Shown in pieces: positions 38,752 through 49,174 of a stretch of 64,000 nt of DNA. Position 1 is the stretch's first letter, and each line of letters opens with the position of its first letter. The translations under genes were made by a program, and so were the position numbers. The notes beneath the pieces are model-generated. The model ran no database searches and was not told where the DNA came from. It saw only the letters and a list, made by a program, of their open reading frames with translations. This stretch comes from an uncultured delta proteobacterium (lineage in GTDB: Bacteria; Desulfobacterota; BSN033; UBA1163): positions 352,001 through 416,000 of the forward strand of contig CAWHBU010000001.1 of NCBI GenBank assembly GCA_963827685.1, given 5' to 3'.

Positions 38752-39932
38752 AAAGGATGAGAGAAGTTGTGATTGTAAGTGCCACGAGGACACCCATCGG
38801 AGACTTTGGCGGGTCATTAAAAGATGTCTCTGCAACTTCTTTGACGATGGCGGTCATTGAGTCCTCTATCCAGAGGGTTGATATCGAAAAGAGGTTAGTG
38901 GATCAGGTGATCATGGGAAACTGTTTTGAGCCCCTGGATCAGAATGTGGCGAGGATCGCCGCGGTCAAAAGCGGTCTTCCCCTTGAAACGCCTGGCTTCA
39001 CCATTGTGGTCAACTGCGCGTCCGCAATGCAGGCAATCATCTGCGGTACTCAAGCTATTCGAGACGGTGATGTGGATGCGGTCATCGCCGGCGGAGTCGA
39101 AAGCATGAGCAATGCTCCTTATATATTAACGACGACCCGTTGGGGTCAGCGTCTTCAGCATGGACAATTGATTGATATGCTATGGAGAGCCATGCAGGAG
39201 TACCCTATTGGGGCAGGGATGGGGTTGACAGCGGAGAATCTGGCAGAAAGGTATGACATTTCGAGAGAAGAACAAGATAAGTTTTCATTGTTAAGCCAAC
39301 AAAGGGCTTGTAAGGCCGTTCAAGAAGGAAGATTTAAGGACGAGATTACGCCTGTCTCGATTCCTCAGAAAAAGGGAGAGGCGAAAATTGTCGATACGGA
39401 TGAACATCCAAGACCTGATGTGACCTTGGAGAAGTTGGCTAAGTTGCCCCCCGCCTTTAAAAAAGATGGGACCGTAACAGCAGGCAATTCATCGGGGCTC
39501 AATGATGCGGCAGCCGTGACGGTTCTCATGTCTAAAGAAAAAGCGAAAGAGGTGGGGCTAATGCCACTGGCCAAAATATTGGGTTATGCGATCGTGGGTG
39601 TGGATCCATCCTATATGGGTATCGGGCCTGTTCCAGCAACCAAGAAAGTATTGAGCAAAACGGGTCTTTCTCTCAAGGATATCCAGCTTATCGAGATCAA
39701 TGAGGCTTTTGCCGCCCAGTATTTATCCTGCGAAAGAGAGTTAGGTTTCAACAGGGATATTGTCAATGTCAATGGCAGTGGGATTGCCTTGGGCCATCCT
39801 GTAGGGGCAACAGGATGTCGTCTGGTGGTGACCCTGATTCATGAGATGGCAAAGAGAAATCTAACCTTGGGCCTTGCCACCCTTTGCGTCGGAGGGGGGT
39901 TGGGCTTCGCCGTGGTCATTGAGAGGGGGTGA
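38748..39932 (+). CDS. Thiolase (acetyl-CoA C-acyltransferase)
   Basis: NCASAM, GGVESMS, NEAFAAQ, GHPVGATG, CVGGG. Confidence 0.95.
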   Translation: MKRMREVVIVSATRTPIGDFGGSLKDVSATSLTMAVIESSIQRVDIEKRLVDQVIMGNCFEPLDQNVARIAAVKSGLPLETPGFTIVVNCASAMQAIICGTQAIRDGDVDAVIAGGVESMSNAPYILTTTRWGQRLQHGQLIDMLWRAMQEYPIGAGMGLTAENLAERYDISREEQDKFSLLSQQRACKAVQEGRFKDEITPVSIPQKKGEAKIVDTDEHPRPDVTLEKLAKLPPAFKKDGTVTAGNSSGLNDAAAVTVLMSKEKAKEVGLMPLAKILGYAIVGVDPSYMGIGPVPATKKVLSKTGLSLKDIQLIEINEAFAAQYLSCERELGFNRDIVNVNGSGIALGHPVGATGCRLVVTLIHEMAKRNLTLGLATLCVGGGLGFAVVIERG

Positions 39933-40005
39933 TAGGAGCAATCTTAAAAAGGAAAGATCGCGTGATCGCTTAGCTCAGTCATTCTATTTTGAAAGGAGGC
40001 TCCGT

Positions 40006-41265
40006 ATGAAAAAAAGGGTCAAAAGAGAGGTTAATCGGCGAGAATTTATAAAAGGAATGGGCGCATTGGGGGCCGCTGTTACTTTCTCTGGGTTTCCTCG
40101 CTTAGCCCATTCTGCAGAAGAAGTAAAATTTGGTGTAGTTGAACCTTTAACCGGTCCTCTCGCTCCCCTGGGTTTGAGTGATCGAAGAGGCTATGAACAG
40201 GCAGTGGATGAGATCAACGCTGCCGGTGGAATCAAATCATTGGGGGGTGCGAAGTTAAGTATGATGCTTGGGGATAGCGAAGGAAAACCGGAGGTAGGAA
40301 TGGCAGAGACGGAAAAACAGATTCAAAAAGGTGCCGTTACCATCTTTGGAGCTTTTCAAAGTGCTGTCGTTTTCGCCACCACCCAGGTAGCTGAAAAGTT
40401 TAAAACCCCGTTCATCGTAGGGATTGGCGTGGCTGAAGCGATCACACAGCGTGGATTCAAGTATACCTTTAGACCTATTGCTACCGATGCGTGGCATATT
40501 CGGGATGAATATGAGTATTTGGCCTATATTCAGAAAAAAAAGGGGATCAAGATAAAGAATATTGGGATATATTATGACGATACCCTTTGGGGTCAATCCA
40601 GTGCAAAAGCCTGGAAAAAATTGGCAGCGGAGAAAGGGTATTCCATTGTAGCCGATCTCCCTTATCCTCACGCCACCTCAGACATGACGGGTGTGATTTC
40701 AAAACTAAAGGCCGCTAATCCCGATGTGGCCTTAACCGTTGCCTACATTTCTGACGCCATTCTCGCGACAAGAACGATGAAGGATTTTGACTTCAACACA
40801 CAGGCCATCATTGGCATGGGTGGAGGACATCAAGATAATGCCTACATTCAGGCATTAGGGAAATTGGCAGAATACGTCTCCGTGTCTGAGAACTGGGAAA
40901 ATGACCTAAAGATTCCTGGGGTGAAAGAGGCCAATGAGAATTTTCTTAAGAGGAACGGAGTGGAGATGGACTGTGTTGCCTCTATGTGCTACACGTGTGT
41001 TTATGTGCTGAAGGATGCCCTTGAGAGAGCAGGATCAACGGATCGTGAAAAAATACGGGAAGCGCTTACGAAGACCAATTTGAAGCCAGGAGAAAAAGGG
41101 AACATCCAACCTTGCGCCATTATCTTTGGCGAGGACGGGCAGAATAAAGATGCGAGAACGGTTATTGCTCAGATTCAAAATGGCAAACGTCGTTCGATTT
41201 TCCCCGAGGAGTATGCTGCCAGCAAACCCATTTGGCCGATGCCCAAGTGGAAAGATCGCAAATGA
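40006..41265 (+). CDS. HAAT (Liv-type) ABC transporter substrate-binding protein with Tat signal
   Basis: NRREFIKG twin-arginine motif; PLTGPLA, INAAGGI; SD AGGAGG before ATG 40006. Confidence 0.9.
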   Translation: MKKRVKREVNRREFIKGMGALGAAVTFSGFPRLAHSAEEVKFGVVEPLTGPLAPLGLSDRRGYEQAVDEINAAGGIKSLGGAKLSMMLGDSEGKPEVGMAETEKQIQKGAVTIFGAFQSAVVFATTQVAEKFKTPFIVGIGVAEAITQRGFKYTFRPIATDAWHIRDEYEYLAYIQKKKGIKIKNIGIYYDDTLWGQSSAKAWKKLAAEKGYSIVADLPYPHATSDMTGVISKLKAANPDVALTVAYISDAILATRTMKDFDFNTQAIIGMGGGHQDNAYIQALGKLAEYVSVSENWENDLKIPGVKEANENFLKRNGVEMDCVASMCYTCVYVLKDALERAGSTDREKIREALTKTNLKPGEKGNIQPCAIIFGEDGQNKDARTVIAQIQNGKRRSIFPEEYAASKPIWPMPKWKDRK

Positions 41266-41296
41266 CCTTATTTGACAAGCCGCAGAAAGGGTAGGG

Positions 41297-42169
41297 ATGG
41301 ATAGTAGCATTTTGCTCCAAGCCATCATCAGCGGACTTCTCATGGGGGGAGTCTATGCTTTGGTCGCAGTCAGTCTGAACCTGATCTTTGGGGTGATGAA
41401 GATCATCAATTTTGCCCATGGCGCTTTTATGATGCTTGGCATGTATTTCACTTATTGGGTTTCGATCTTTTTGGATATCCATCCCTATCTTTCACTATTC
41501 ATAAGTATGTCTGCTCTCTTCGTAATTGGCTTCCTTATCCAATATGGTCTGATCAATCGAATCATGGAAGCCCCTGAACACAATCAACTTCTTTTAACCT
41601 TAGGGATCGCCCTTTTCCTTGAGAACTTGGCTCTATTCCTATGGAGCCCGAACTATCGGATGTTACAGGTGACTACCTTAGCAGGAGCCATGCATACACA
41701 CAAGTTGATGTTCAGTACGCCTCGGATGATCGCTTTTGGGGCCGCTCTTGCCATGACCTTACTGCTCTACCTCTTCTTGACCAAAACCGATTCTGGAAAA
41801 GCAATTCGGGCTATTTCCCAGGATCGGGAGGGAGCACATGTGATTGGAATCAATATGAAGATTATATATTCCGTTGCTTTTGGAATCGGATCGGCCTGTG
41901 TCGCTGCTGCAGGCACCATGATCACCCCTTTTTTCTATATCACCCCTACGGTGGGATTGGTCTTCGTCATCACAGCATTTGTCATTGTGGTCCTGGGTGG
42001 GCTGGGAAGTTTCTGGGGAGCATTTTTTGGAGCCCTGATCGTGGGAATCGCAGAATCTTTGGGAGAAGTTCTGCTCCCGGGCTCCTTGAAGCAAGTGCCC
42101 ATCTATTCCATCTTCATCCTCACTCTTCTGCTCAGACCAAAAGGGTTGTTCGGGAAAAAGCATGTCTAA
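41297..42169 (+). CDS. livH: HAAT ABC transporter permease (LivH-like)
   Basis: INFAHGAF, GKAIRA, VVLGGLGS, RPKGLFG. Confidence 0.88.
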   Translation: MDSSILLQAIISGLLMGGVYALVAVSLNLIFGVMKIINFAHGAFMMLGMYFTYWVSIFLDIHPYLSLFISMSALFVIGFLIQYGLINRIMEAPEHNQLLLTLGIALFLENLALFLWSPNYRMLQVTTLAGAMHTHKLMFSTPRMIAFGAALAMTLLLYLFLTKTDSGKAIRAISQDREGAHVIGINMKIIYSVAFGIGSACVAAAGTMITPFFYITPTVGLVFVITAFVIVVLGGLGSFWGAFFGALIVGIAESLGEVLLPGSLKQVPIYSIFILTLLLRPKGLFGKKHV

Positions 42170-43148
42170 GAACGGAATTCCAAAGATACTTTTCTTTTGG
42201 TTCGGCCTTATTTTGATCGCCGTCATGCTGCCCTTTCTACTCCCCTCCTATTTCGTCCACGTTCTCATTATGATTCTCTTCTACGGATATTTGGGAACGA
42301 GTTGGAACATCTTGGGAGGATATGCTGGCCAATTTTCTTTCGGACACGCTGCTTTCTTTGGAATAGGCGCTTATACTTCAACATTAATTTTTGTGAATTG
42401 GGGCATTAGTCCATGGATTGGAATGGTTTTCGGTGGCCTTCTTGGAATGCTATTAGGGCTGTTGATCGGCTCTCTTTGCTTCCATTACGGGCTGAGAGGT
42501 CCTTACTTTGCCTTGGCGACGTTGGCCTTCGCTGAATTGTTGCGTTTGGTCTCTCTCAATCTGGATCTGACCGGGAAGGCGATGGGCATCCTCATTCCAC
42601 TTAAAGGGAATGCTCCCCTCTCTTTTCAGCATGAATCAAAGATTTTCTACTATTTTGTGATCTTACTGATGTTGATCGGTGCCCTTTGGGTGACGCGACG
42701 TATTGACGGAGGAAAGATCGGCGACTATCTTGCTGCCATCCGGGAGGACGAAGATTCAGCCGAGGCTATAGGGGTGAATACATTTTCATACAAACTTTTG
42801 GCGATTTTGATCAGTGGCTTTCTCACAGCCCTTGGAGGAACCTTCTATGTCCAGTATTTTCTTTACATCGACCCGGCTATCACCTTCGGTATCGACAACT
42901 CTATCGAAATTTTTTTAAGGCCCATTGTCGGAGGCATGGGGACTGTGTATGGTCCCATCGTCGGAGCATTTGTCTTAGGTCCTTTGGGCGAAGTGACACG
43001 AGGGATATTGGGTGGTTATCACGGGGTCCATCTCATGATTTACGGAGCCATTTTGGTTAGTGTTATTATTTTCCTTCCCAAAGGGATCTATGGATGGTTT
43101 ATAAGCTTAAGAAAAAGGGATAAGGACGAAAAGTTATGTCATCCTTAA
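42162..43148 (+). CDS. livM: HAAT ABC transporter permease (LivM-like)
   Basis: SFGHAAFFGIGAY, LRGPYFALATLAF, AIREDE, VGGMGT. Confidence 0.88.
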   Translation: MSKNGIPKILFFWFGLILIAVMLPFLLPSYFVHVLIMILFYGYLGTSWNILGGYAGQFSFGHAAFFGIGAYTSTLIFVNWGISPWIGMVFGGLLGMLLGLLIGSLCFHYGLRGPYFALATLAFAELLRLVSLNLDLTGKAMGILIPLKGNAPLSFQHESKIFYYFVILLMLIGALWVTRRIDGGKIGDYLAAIREDEDSAEAIGVNTFSYKLLAILISGFLTALGGTFYVQYFLYIDPAITFGIDNSIEIFLRPIVGGMGTVYGPIVGAFVLGPLGEVTRGILGGYHGVHLMIYGAILVSVIIFLPKGIYGWFISLRKRDKDEKLCHP

Positions 43149-43861
43149 AGATAGAAAATCTGTCCAAGTCATTCGGTGGTTTGACAGCGGTCAATGGCGT
43201 GACATTCCAAGTCCAAGAAGGGGAGATTCTGGGTTTAATCGGTCCAAACGGATCAGGCAAAACCACCATATTCAATCTCATTTCCGGGTTTCTCATTCCT
43301 GATAGAGGAAACATTCATTTAGGAGAGGAGAGTTTAGTAGGCCTCAAACCCCATCAGATTTGCAAGAGAGGAATTGGTAGAACATTTCAGATTGTCAAAC
43401 CCTTTTCTAATCTCAGTGTGATGAGGAATGTAAGAGCTGCGGTTTTCAATCGGGAGAGGGAGATCTCCGGGGCAAACCGTCAATCTGAGAAGTTACTTGA
43501 ATTTATGGGCCTATGGTCAAAAAGGGATGAGCCGGCCACTAGTCTGACGCTCATGGAACGAAAACGCTTAGAATTGGCGAGGAGTTTGGCCACCCAACCT
43601 AAATTTCTCCTACTGGACGAGGTGATGGCTGGTCTGACCCCGGTCGAACAACAGCAGATGATTGAGCTAGTTGAAAAGATTAGGGAGGGGGGAATCACAA
43701 TCATCGTGATTGAGCACACCATGCGAATCATCATGACCCTATCGGAACGAATAGTAGTCTTATGCTTTGGAGAAATTATTGCGCAGGGCATACCTCGAGA
43801 GGTAGCCCAAGATCCACATGTCATCAAATCCTATTTAGGGGAGAAATATAGCTTTGCTTGA
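43136..43861 (+). CDS. livG: HAAT ABC transporter ATPase (LivG-like)
   Basis: FGGLTAV, GPNGSGKTT, RTFQ, LLDEVMAG, IEH. Confidence 0.9.
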   Translation: MSSLKIENLSKSFGGLTAVNGVTFQVQEGEILGLIGPNGSGKTTIFNLISGFLIPDRGNIHLGEESLVGLKPHQICKRGIGRTFQIVKPFSNLSVMRNVRAAVFNREREISGANRQSEKLLEFMGLWSKRDEPATSLTLMERKRLELARSLATQPKFLLLDEVMAGLTPVEQQQMIELVEKIREGGITIIVIEHTMRIIMTLSERIVVLCFGEIIAQGIPREVAQDPHVIKSYLGEKYSFA

Positions 43862-44558
43862 TGTTAAACAAATTTCTGCGGGATACGGCGACATTCAAAT
43901 CCTTCATAAAATTTCCCTGAAGATCGAAAAGGGAGAGATGGTATCAGTATTAGGGGCAAACGGAGCAGGGAAGACTACTCTGCTTCTTACACTCTCTGGC
44001 ATTGTTCAGCCTACAGAGGGGGAGATTTACTTCTTAAATAGACGGATCGATTGTTTAGAACCTCACCTGATTGTTCAAAAAGGAGTGGTCCGGATCCCTG
44101 AAGGGAGAAAGATTTTCCAAGAAATGACTGTGCTCGAAAATCTTGAATTGGGAAGCTATATCAGGACGGCCAAAATACATCGGAAGGAGAACTTGGCTAA
44201 GGTCTTTACATTATTCCCTCGTCTTGGGGAAAGGAAGCACCAACTGGCAGGGACGTTAAGTGGTGGAGAACAGCAGATGTTAGCCATCGGAAGGGGATTA
44301 ATGACACTTCCGCAGATACTGATGTTGGATGAACCTTCTTTGGGGCTTGCTCCTTTGATAGTCATTGACCTCTTTGAGGTAATAAAGAAGATTAATCAAG
44401 AGGGGACCACAGTGATATTGGTGGAACAGAACATGCAACTTGCTCTGTCTACTGTTCAAAGGGGATACGTCATCGAGAATGGGAGAATTATTTTGGAAGG
44501 AGAGAGTAAAAATCTATTGAGGGAAGATCACATGAGAAAGGCTTATTTGGGGATTTAA
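43854..44558 (+). CDS. livF: HAAT ABC transporter ATPase (LivF-like)
   Basis: GANGAGKTT, PEGR, LSGGEQQM, LDEPSLGLAP, VEQN. Confidence 0.9.
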   Translation: MLDVKQISAGYGDIQILHKISLKIEKGEMVSVLGANGAGKTTLLLTLSGIVQPTEGEIYFLNRRIDCLEPHLIVQKGVVRIPEGRKIFQEMTVLENLELGSYIRTAKIHRKENLAKVFTLFPRLGERKHQLAGTLSGGEQQMLAIGRGLMTLPQILMLDEPSLGLAPLIVIDLFEVIKKINQEGTTVILVEQNMQLALSTVQRGYVIENGRIILEGESKNLLREDHMRKAYLGI

Positions 44559-44798
44559 TTGAAATCTTAGCTTAAGGTGTCGATGGAGGAGTATTTGGGT
44601 CAAATTTTAGAGAGATTAGCAAGTCGGTTTGGGGAAAATATTGCCCTAAAATCTTTGAGGGATACGGGTAATCCGACGCATCTTCTGTTGTCCTCCAAAC
44701 TGCATATTGGGTGGCAGAAAACCTGGATCAATAGGGATCTTAATAAATGGCAGCACTTATAAAACACCAAGGATAGTCATCGCTGTCCCAAATTTAAT

Positions 44799-46415
44799 AT
44801 GAAGGATGAGACGAGTCGGGTGGGTAGCAAAATGGGCTGGGAAATTGTAGAGGAAGAGTGGCCGGACTTTAAAGGTAAGATTTTTAAAAGCAGGCCGAAA
44901 AATGTCGTGGAATTCCTGGAAAATACTGTCAAAAAATATCCGGACAAAGTAGGCTTTATTGGCGGCGACTGGCGTCTAACGTTCAAGGAATTTGACGGGA
45001 TAGTTAACAGGATTGCAGCCGGACTGGAAAAATACGGAGTAAAACGGAGAGACCATGTGGCCTTACTCTTAGGTGTACAAATGGAATTCCCGTCAAGCTT
45101 TTTTGCATTGATGAAACTTGGGGCCATTGTTGTGCCGCTCAATACCCGATTCAAGGGCGAGGAACTGGCCTATGAGATAAACGATTCCGAGAGCAAGGTG
45201 TTGATCGTCGATGAGGAGTATTGGCCCTATATTGATTCTGTAAGGGGGCAACTGAAAACGATTGAGAAGATATTTTTCAATGGACCTCGTGTGCCTCAGG
45301 GAACGCTTCCTTTTTCATTGTTGAAGGAAAATAGAGAAGATGCATTTACAAGGGCAGCACTATCAGAATCGGATGATGCTACGATCATGTATACCTCGGG
45401 TACCACAGGCAAACCTAAGGGTGCCATACTTCATCAGCGGGGCTTTGTATTAACAGCCATGCTTGTGAGTGACTTTATTCAATTTGAACCTGAAGATAAG
45501 ATGATCTGTTGTATTCCCCTTTTCCATATCACAGGCCTCTCCTGCCTAATGCTTCCCCCGATTTTCAGTGGCGTAGCATCCGTCTATATGAGGCAATTTA
45601 AGACCAAGGATTTTTTGGAGATCATGGCTAAGGAAAAGGTGACGCAGTACATGGGGGTCGTTAACGTTATCTGGCTAATGGTCAATCACCCTGATTTCGA
45701 TCAATATGATTTTTCTTCTTTTCGGATGGCCCTATTCGGGGGCTCTCCTGCCACAGAAGAGATGGTCACGGGTATCTTCAATAAACTGCCGCACATTCAA
45801 ATCAGCGTGGGATACGGGCTGACGGAATCCTTCGCTATTGTAACGTCGACACCCTTTGAGGATGCCCTTCGCAAGATAAAAGCTGTCGGCAAATGCCTTC
45901 CAACAGTAGAGGCGAAGATAGTGGATAATGAAGGTCATGATCTGCCAACGGACGGGGTGGGTGAGATCGTGTTAAAAGGTGCAAAAACCTTTAAAGGATA
46001 CTGGAAGAAGCCGGAGGCCACGAGGCAAACGATTGTGGATGGCTGGCTCCATACAGGGGATATAGGCAAAATCGATGACGATGGCTTTATCTACATATTA
46101 GACCGTAAGAAAGACATGATTAACCGAGGCGGAGAAAAGGTCTATTCTCTCGAGGTGGAGAATGTCATCTCAGGACATCAGAAAGTGCTGGAAGTGGCAG
46201 CGGTGGGAGTCCCTGACCAATTTTTGGGCGAGGCAGTGAAGGTAGCAATCGTTTTAAGGCCTGGTCAAACTGCAGACGAGGAGGAGATTAAGAATTTCTG
46301 TTCTCAACACCTGGCAGATTATAAAGTTCCCAAATACGTAGAATTTTTGGATCTGCTACCCAGAAATCCAGCAGGCAAAGTCATGAAGGGAGATCTTAGA
46401 TATATTAAAGAGTAA
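44799..46415 (+). CDS. Acyl-CoA synthetase (AMP-binding family)
   Basis: YTSGTTGKPKG, GYGLTE, WLHTGD, DRKKDMI, RNPAGK. Start could be ATG 44832. Confidence 0.95.
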   Translation: MKDETSRVGSKMGWEIVEEEWPDFKGKIFKSRPKNVVEFLENTVKKYPDKVGFIGGDWRLTFKEFDGIVNRIAAGLEKYGVKRRDHVALLLGVQMEFPSSFFALMKLGAIVVPLNTRFKGEELAYEINDSESKVLIVDEEYWPYIDSVRGQLKTIEKIFFNGPRVPQGTLPFSLLKENREDAFTRAALSESDDATIMYTSGTTGKPKGAILHQRGFVLTAMLVSDFIQFEPEDKMICCIPLFHITGLSCLMLPPIFSGVASVYMRQFKTKDFLEIMAKEKVTQYMGVVNVIWLMVNHPDFDQYDFSSFRMALFGGSPATEEMVTGIFNKLPHIQISVGYGLTESFAIVTSTPFEDALRKIKAVGKCLPTVEAKIVDNEGHDLPTDGVGEIVLKGAKTFKGYWKKPEATRQTIVDGWLHTGDIGKIDDDGFIYILDRKKDMINRGGEKVYSLEVENVISGHQKVLEVAAVGVPDQFLGEAVKVAIVLRPGQTADEEEIKNFCSQHLADYKVPKYVEFLDLLPRNPAGKVMKGDLRYIKE

Positions 46416-46425
46416 GATGATGATA

Positions 46426-46461
46426 AGGATTCAAGGGGCAAAGGGCCAAGGATTCGAGTGA
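46426..46461 (+). repeat. One arm of the octamer-periodic repeat
   Basis: GGATTCAA-GGGGCAAA-GGGCCAA-GGATTCGA-GTGA, the same units as at 5669-5700. Confidence 0.55.
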
Positions 46462-46771
46462 CACGAAAGAAATGCGTGGACTACGTGAAGAATCTGCCGG
46501 AAATCGAATAAGATGTAAAAATCAGGACTTAACTTTACGTATACTGTCAAGTCAGGTGGAGCTTTCTTCCTCCTGCTGTAATAAATGATCGATGGGTTCT
46601 ATTAACAAGTGTAGATTTCAAATGGTATTGGGTGGGTAGGTATATCCGAAACAGTTCGCCTATACTCCATCGGAGCTATTTTATAAATGAACCCTTTATG
46701 GAAAATTGAGGGTTGAAAAAAGTATTCTAACAAAATAAAACTCAGGATTATTTGATAATGGAGATTCTACC

Positions 46772-47563
46772 ATTAAGCATATCACATCGAAAGATGGCAT
46801 ACCGATTGCGTATGAACGTAGCGGCAAAGGACTACCACTAGTCTTGATACACGGTGCAGCTGCTGATCATACACGTTGGACGCCGATCCTTCCGGAACTA
46901 GAAAAACATTTCACAGTTTACGCTGTAGATCGCAGAGGTCGCGGTCAGAGCGGGGATGCCGAGCCCTATACCATAGAGCGTGAATATGAGGATGTGGTTG
47001 CAGTCATTGATTCAATTCCTGGTCCAGTGAGCTTACTTGGGCATTCCTATGGTGCCATCTGCTCTTTGGAAGCTTCTCTTAAGACGTCCAATCTTCGAAA
47101 GCTCATTTTGTATGAACCTCCAATACATACTGATGTTAAAAAAAATTACCCTCCCGATGCCATAGACAGAATGAGCTCATATTTGCAGGTTGGAGAACGC
47201 GAGAAAGCCTTGCTGATTTTTCTGCAAGAGATTGTCGGGATCCCTCAGAATGAAATTAATATGCTAAGATCCCTTCCCAGTTGGTCTTCTAGGGTATCTG
47301 CGGCTCACACTCTTCCCCGCGAGGAAGCAAGTGTAGACTCCTACATTCTCAAACCTGAACAGTTTTCCCATATGGAAACACCCACTTTGTTTCTTCTTGG
47401 GGGTGACAGTCCTTCATTCTTTAGAGCTGCGATCGAAACTCTAAAAAAATCTATTCTTAATAGTAGAATTGCAATTATGTCCGGACAACGGCACGCAGCA
47501 ATGGACACTGCTCCAGAACTATTCTTAAGTGAGGTTATAGGGTTCCTGAATGAGAAAAAATGA
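46772..47563 (+). CDS. Alpha/beta hydrolase
   Basis: KHITSKDGIPIAYERSGKGLPLVLIHG upstream of the tracked start; DRRGRGQSGD, GHSYG, LYEPP. Needs an ATT start at 46772. Confidence 0.88.
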   Translation: MKHITSKDGIPIAYERSGKGLPLVLIHGAAADHTRWTPILPELEKHFTVYAVDRRGRGQSGDAEPYTIEREYEDVVAVIDSIPGPVSLLGHSYGAICSLEASLKTSNLRKLILYEPPIHTDVKKNYPPDAIDRMSSYLQVGEREKALLIFLQEIVGIPQNEINMLRSLPSWSSRVSAAHTLPREEASVDSYILKPEQFSHMETPTLFLLGGDSPSFFRAAIETLKKSILNSRIAIMSGQRHAAMDTAPELFLSEVIGFLNEKK

Positions 47564-47804
47564 TTGAGCAGTTCAACTCTCAACTTCGCATGTTTTGGAG
47601 TCGGCGGCTCGGTGCGGTGCGTCAGCGACGCCACGCTCCGCTCAAATCGAAGGCTTGATTATTGAACTGCGGTTTACGATTAAACTTTAATTGTGCTACT
47701 TATGCTATCTTATATAGCATGTGCGATCCGTCCGAGGGACGTTAGACGACTTACTGCCCCAGAATCTCTGTTGACCTTGATGAGGTAAGCCGAGTTCTTT
47801 TGGT

Positions 47805-48305
47805 GTGCCCAATGCCTGGGGCGGGATCGGAACGGTCTTAGGGGTTTTCATGGCACGGTCGACCTTGACACACTCCTCAGGGAATCCGATTTTATCAGTA
47901 TCCACACCTCTCACTTCTGAGACAGCGAATAGGTTCGGCTACGAGCAATTCAAGAAGATGAATCGCACCGCCTACTTCACCAACACGGCCAGGAGAGGAT
48001 GTGTAGACTAGGCAGGGTTGATTCGAGCCCTGCTAAAGGGAAGGCTCATCCCCCGAGTAGGGATCGACGTAACGGTTGACGAACCTATGCCCCCGGATAA
48101 TGAGCTACTCGCAATAAAGAATGTTGTGCTTACCGGCCATAGTGCCTGATATTCGGTCAAGTCAGAGACAGACCTCTACCAGAGACCGATGACCCAGGTG
48201 GTCCAGGTCCTCCGGGGGGAATTACCTGTCTACACGGTCAACACCGATGTGAAGATGAAGTGGATGACGCGGTGGGGCAAGAAGGTGTACGGAGGCACCA
48301 AATGA
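47805..48305 (+). pseudogene. C-terminal remnant of a D-2-hydroxyacid dehydrogenase
   Basis: VDLDTLLRESDFISIHT /frameshift/ LTSET...FTNTARRGCVD*...IDVTVDEP...NVVLTGHSA*YS; stops at 48009 and 48147. Confidence 0.8.
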
Positions 48306-49171
48306 AAATTGGTCGCTTCTCAAGCAACGGGACCGATTTTGTCGGGGCTGTATTCGGAGAGAAAGTCTTCAACCTTTCCGAAGCTGCATCACGGACCAGG
48401 GAACCCGTGTTATCGGACCTTAGCTCGATTCTCAGACAAGAACGATTCGATGTCACTCACTTTGCTGAGCTTTACAACCGGGAGAGGGACCGTCAGGAAT
48501 GCTGGCATCGCCTTGAGAATCTTTCCTTTCTTCCGCTTCTTCGGCCCGGAAAGATCATCTGTCTCGGCCTCAACTATGTGGAACATGCCCGCGAAGGAAA
48601 TGTGCCCATCCCGGAGGAACCCATCTACTTTGAGAAAGCGGTAAGCTCGATCATCGCCCATGATCAGCCGGTCATATACCCGCCCCATCTGGGGAGGATT
48701 GACCCGGAGATCGAGCTGGCCTTTGTCATAGGCAAGCGTGCCCGTGGTATGATGGAGGCTGAGGCAAGAGCCTACATAGCCGGTTACACGATTCTCAACG
48801 ACGTGACGGCCCGGGATCTTCAACGAAAGGACATTGGGAATCGTCATCCCTGGTACCGTTCAAAGAGCCTCGATACCTTTTGTCCTGTCGGCCCCTGGAT
48901 GGTTACGGCGGATGAGATCGATCCGCAGGAGGCCCTGATGATTCAGCTGCGTGTCAACGGGGAAGTGAGACAAAACTCCTCGACCCAATATCTTGTTTTC
49001 AATGTGCCTATTCTCCTCTGCAGGATTTCGGAGCTTATTACACTGGAGCCGGGAGACATCGTCTCCACAGGGACACCGGAGGGGATTGCGCCTGTCTACC
49101 CCGGGGACGTCATGGAGGCTGAGATCGAGAAAATAGGCATCCTGAGAAATCCCGTAAAAGGGATCGGATAG
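48302..49171 (+). CDS. Fumarylacetoacetate hydrolase family protein
   Basis: KIICLGLNYVEH, DPEIEL, NDVTARD, KSLDTFCPVGP, GDIVSTGTPEG. Confidence 0.93.
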   Translation: MKIGRFSSNGTDFVGAVFGEKVFNLSEAASRTREPVLSDLSSILRQERFDVTHFAELYNRERDRQECWHRLENLSFLPLLRPGKIICLGLNYVEHAREGNVPIPEEPIYFEKAVSSIIAHDQPVIYPPHLGRIDPEIELAFVIGKRARGMMEAEARAYIAGYTILNDVTARDLQRKDIGNRHPWYRSKSLDTFCPVGPWMVTADEIDPQEALMIQLRVNGEVRQNSSTQYLVFNVPILLCRISELITLEPGDIVSTGTPEGIAPVYPGDVMEAEIEKIGILRNPVKGIG

Positions 49172-49174
49172 TGT

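Noticed and set aside
44577-44762. 61-aa ORF between livF and the CoA ligase
   Set aside because: The N-terminus vaguely resembles a CoA-ligase start, but it is too short and motif-free to call.
48147-48149. In-frame TGA as a second selenocysteine
   Set aside because: It sits at a Trp position (GHSAW) in a fragment that also has a TAG and a frameshift, so it reflects decay.
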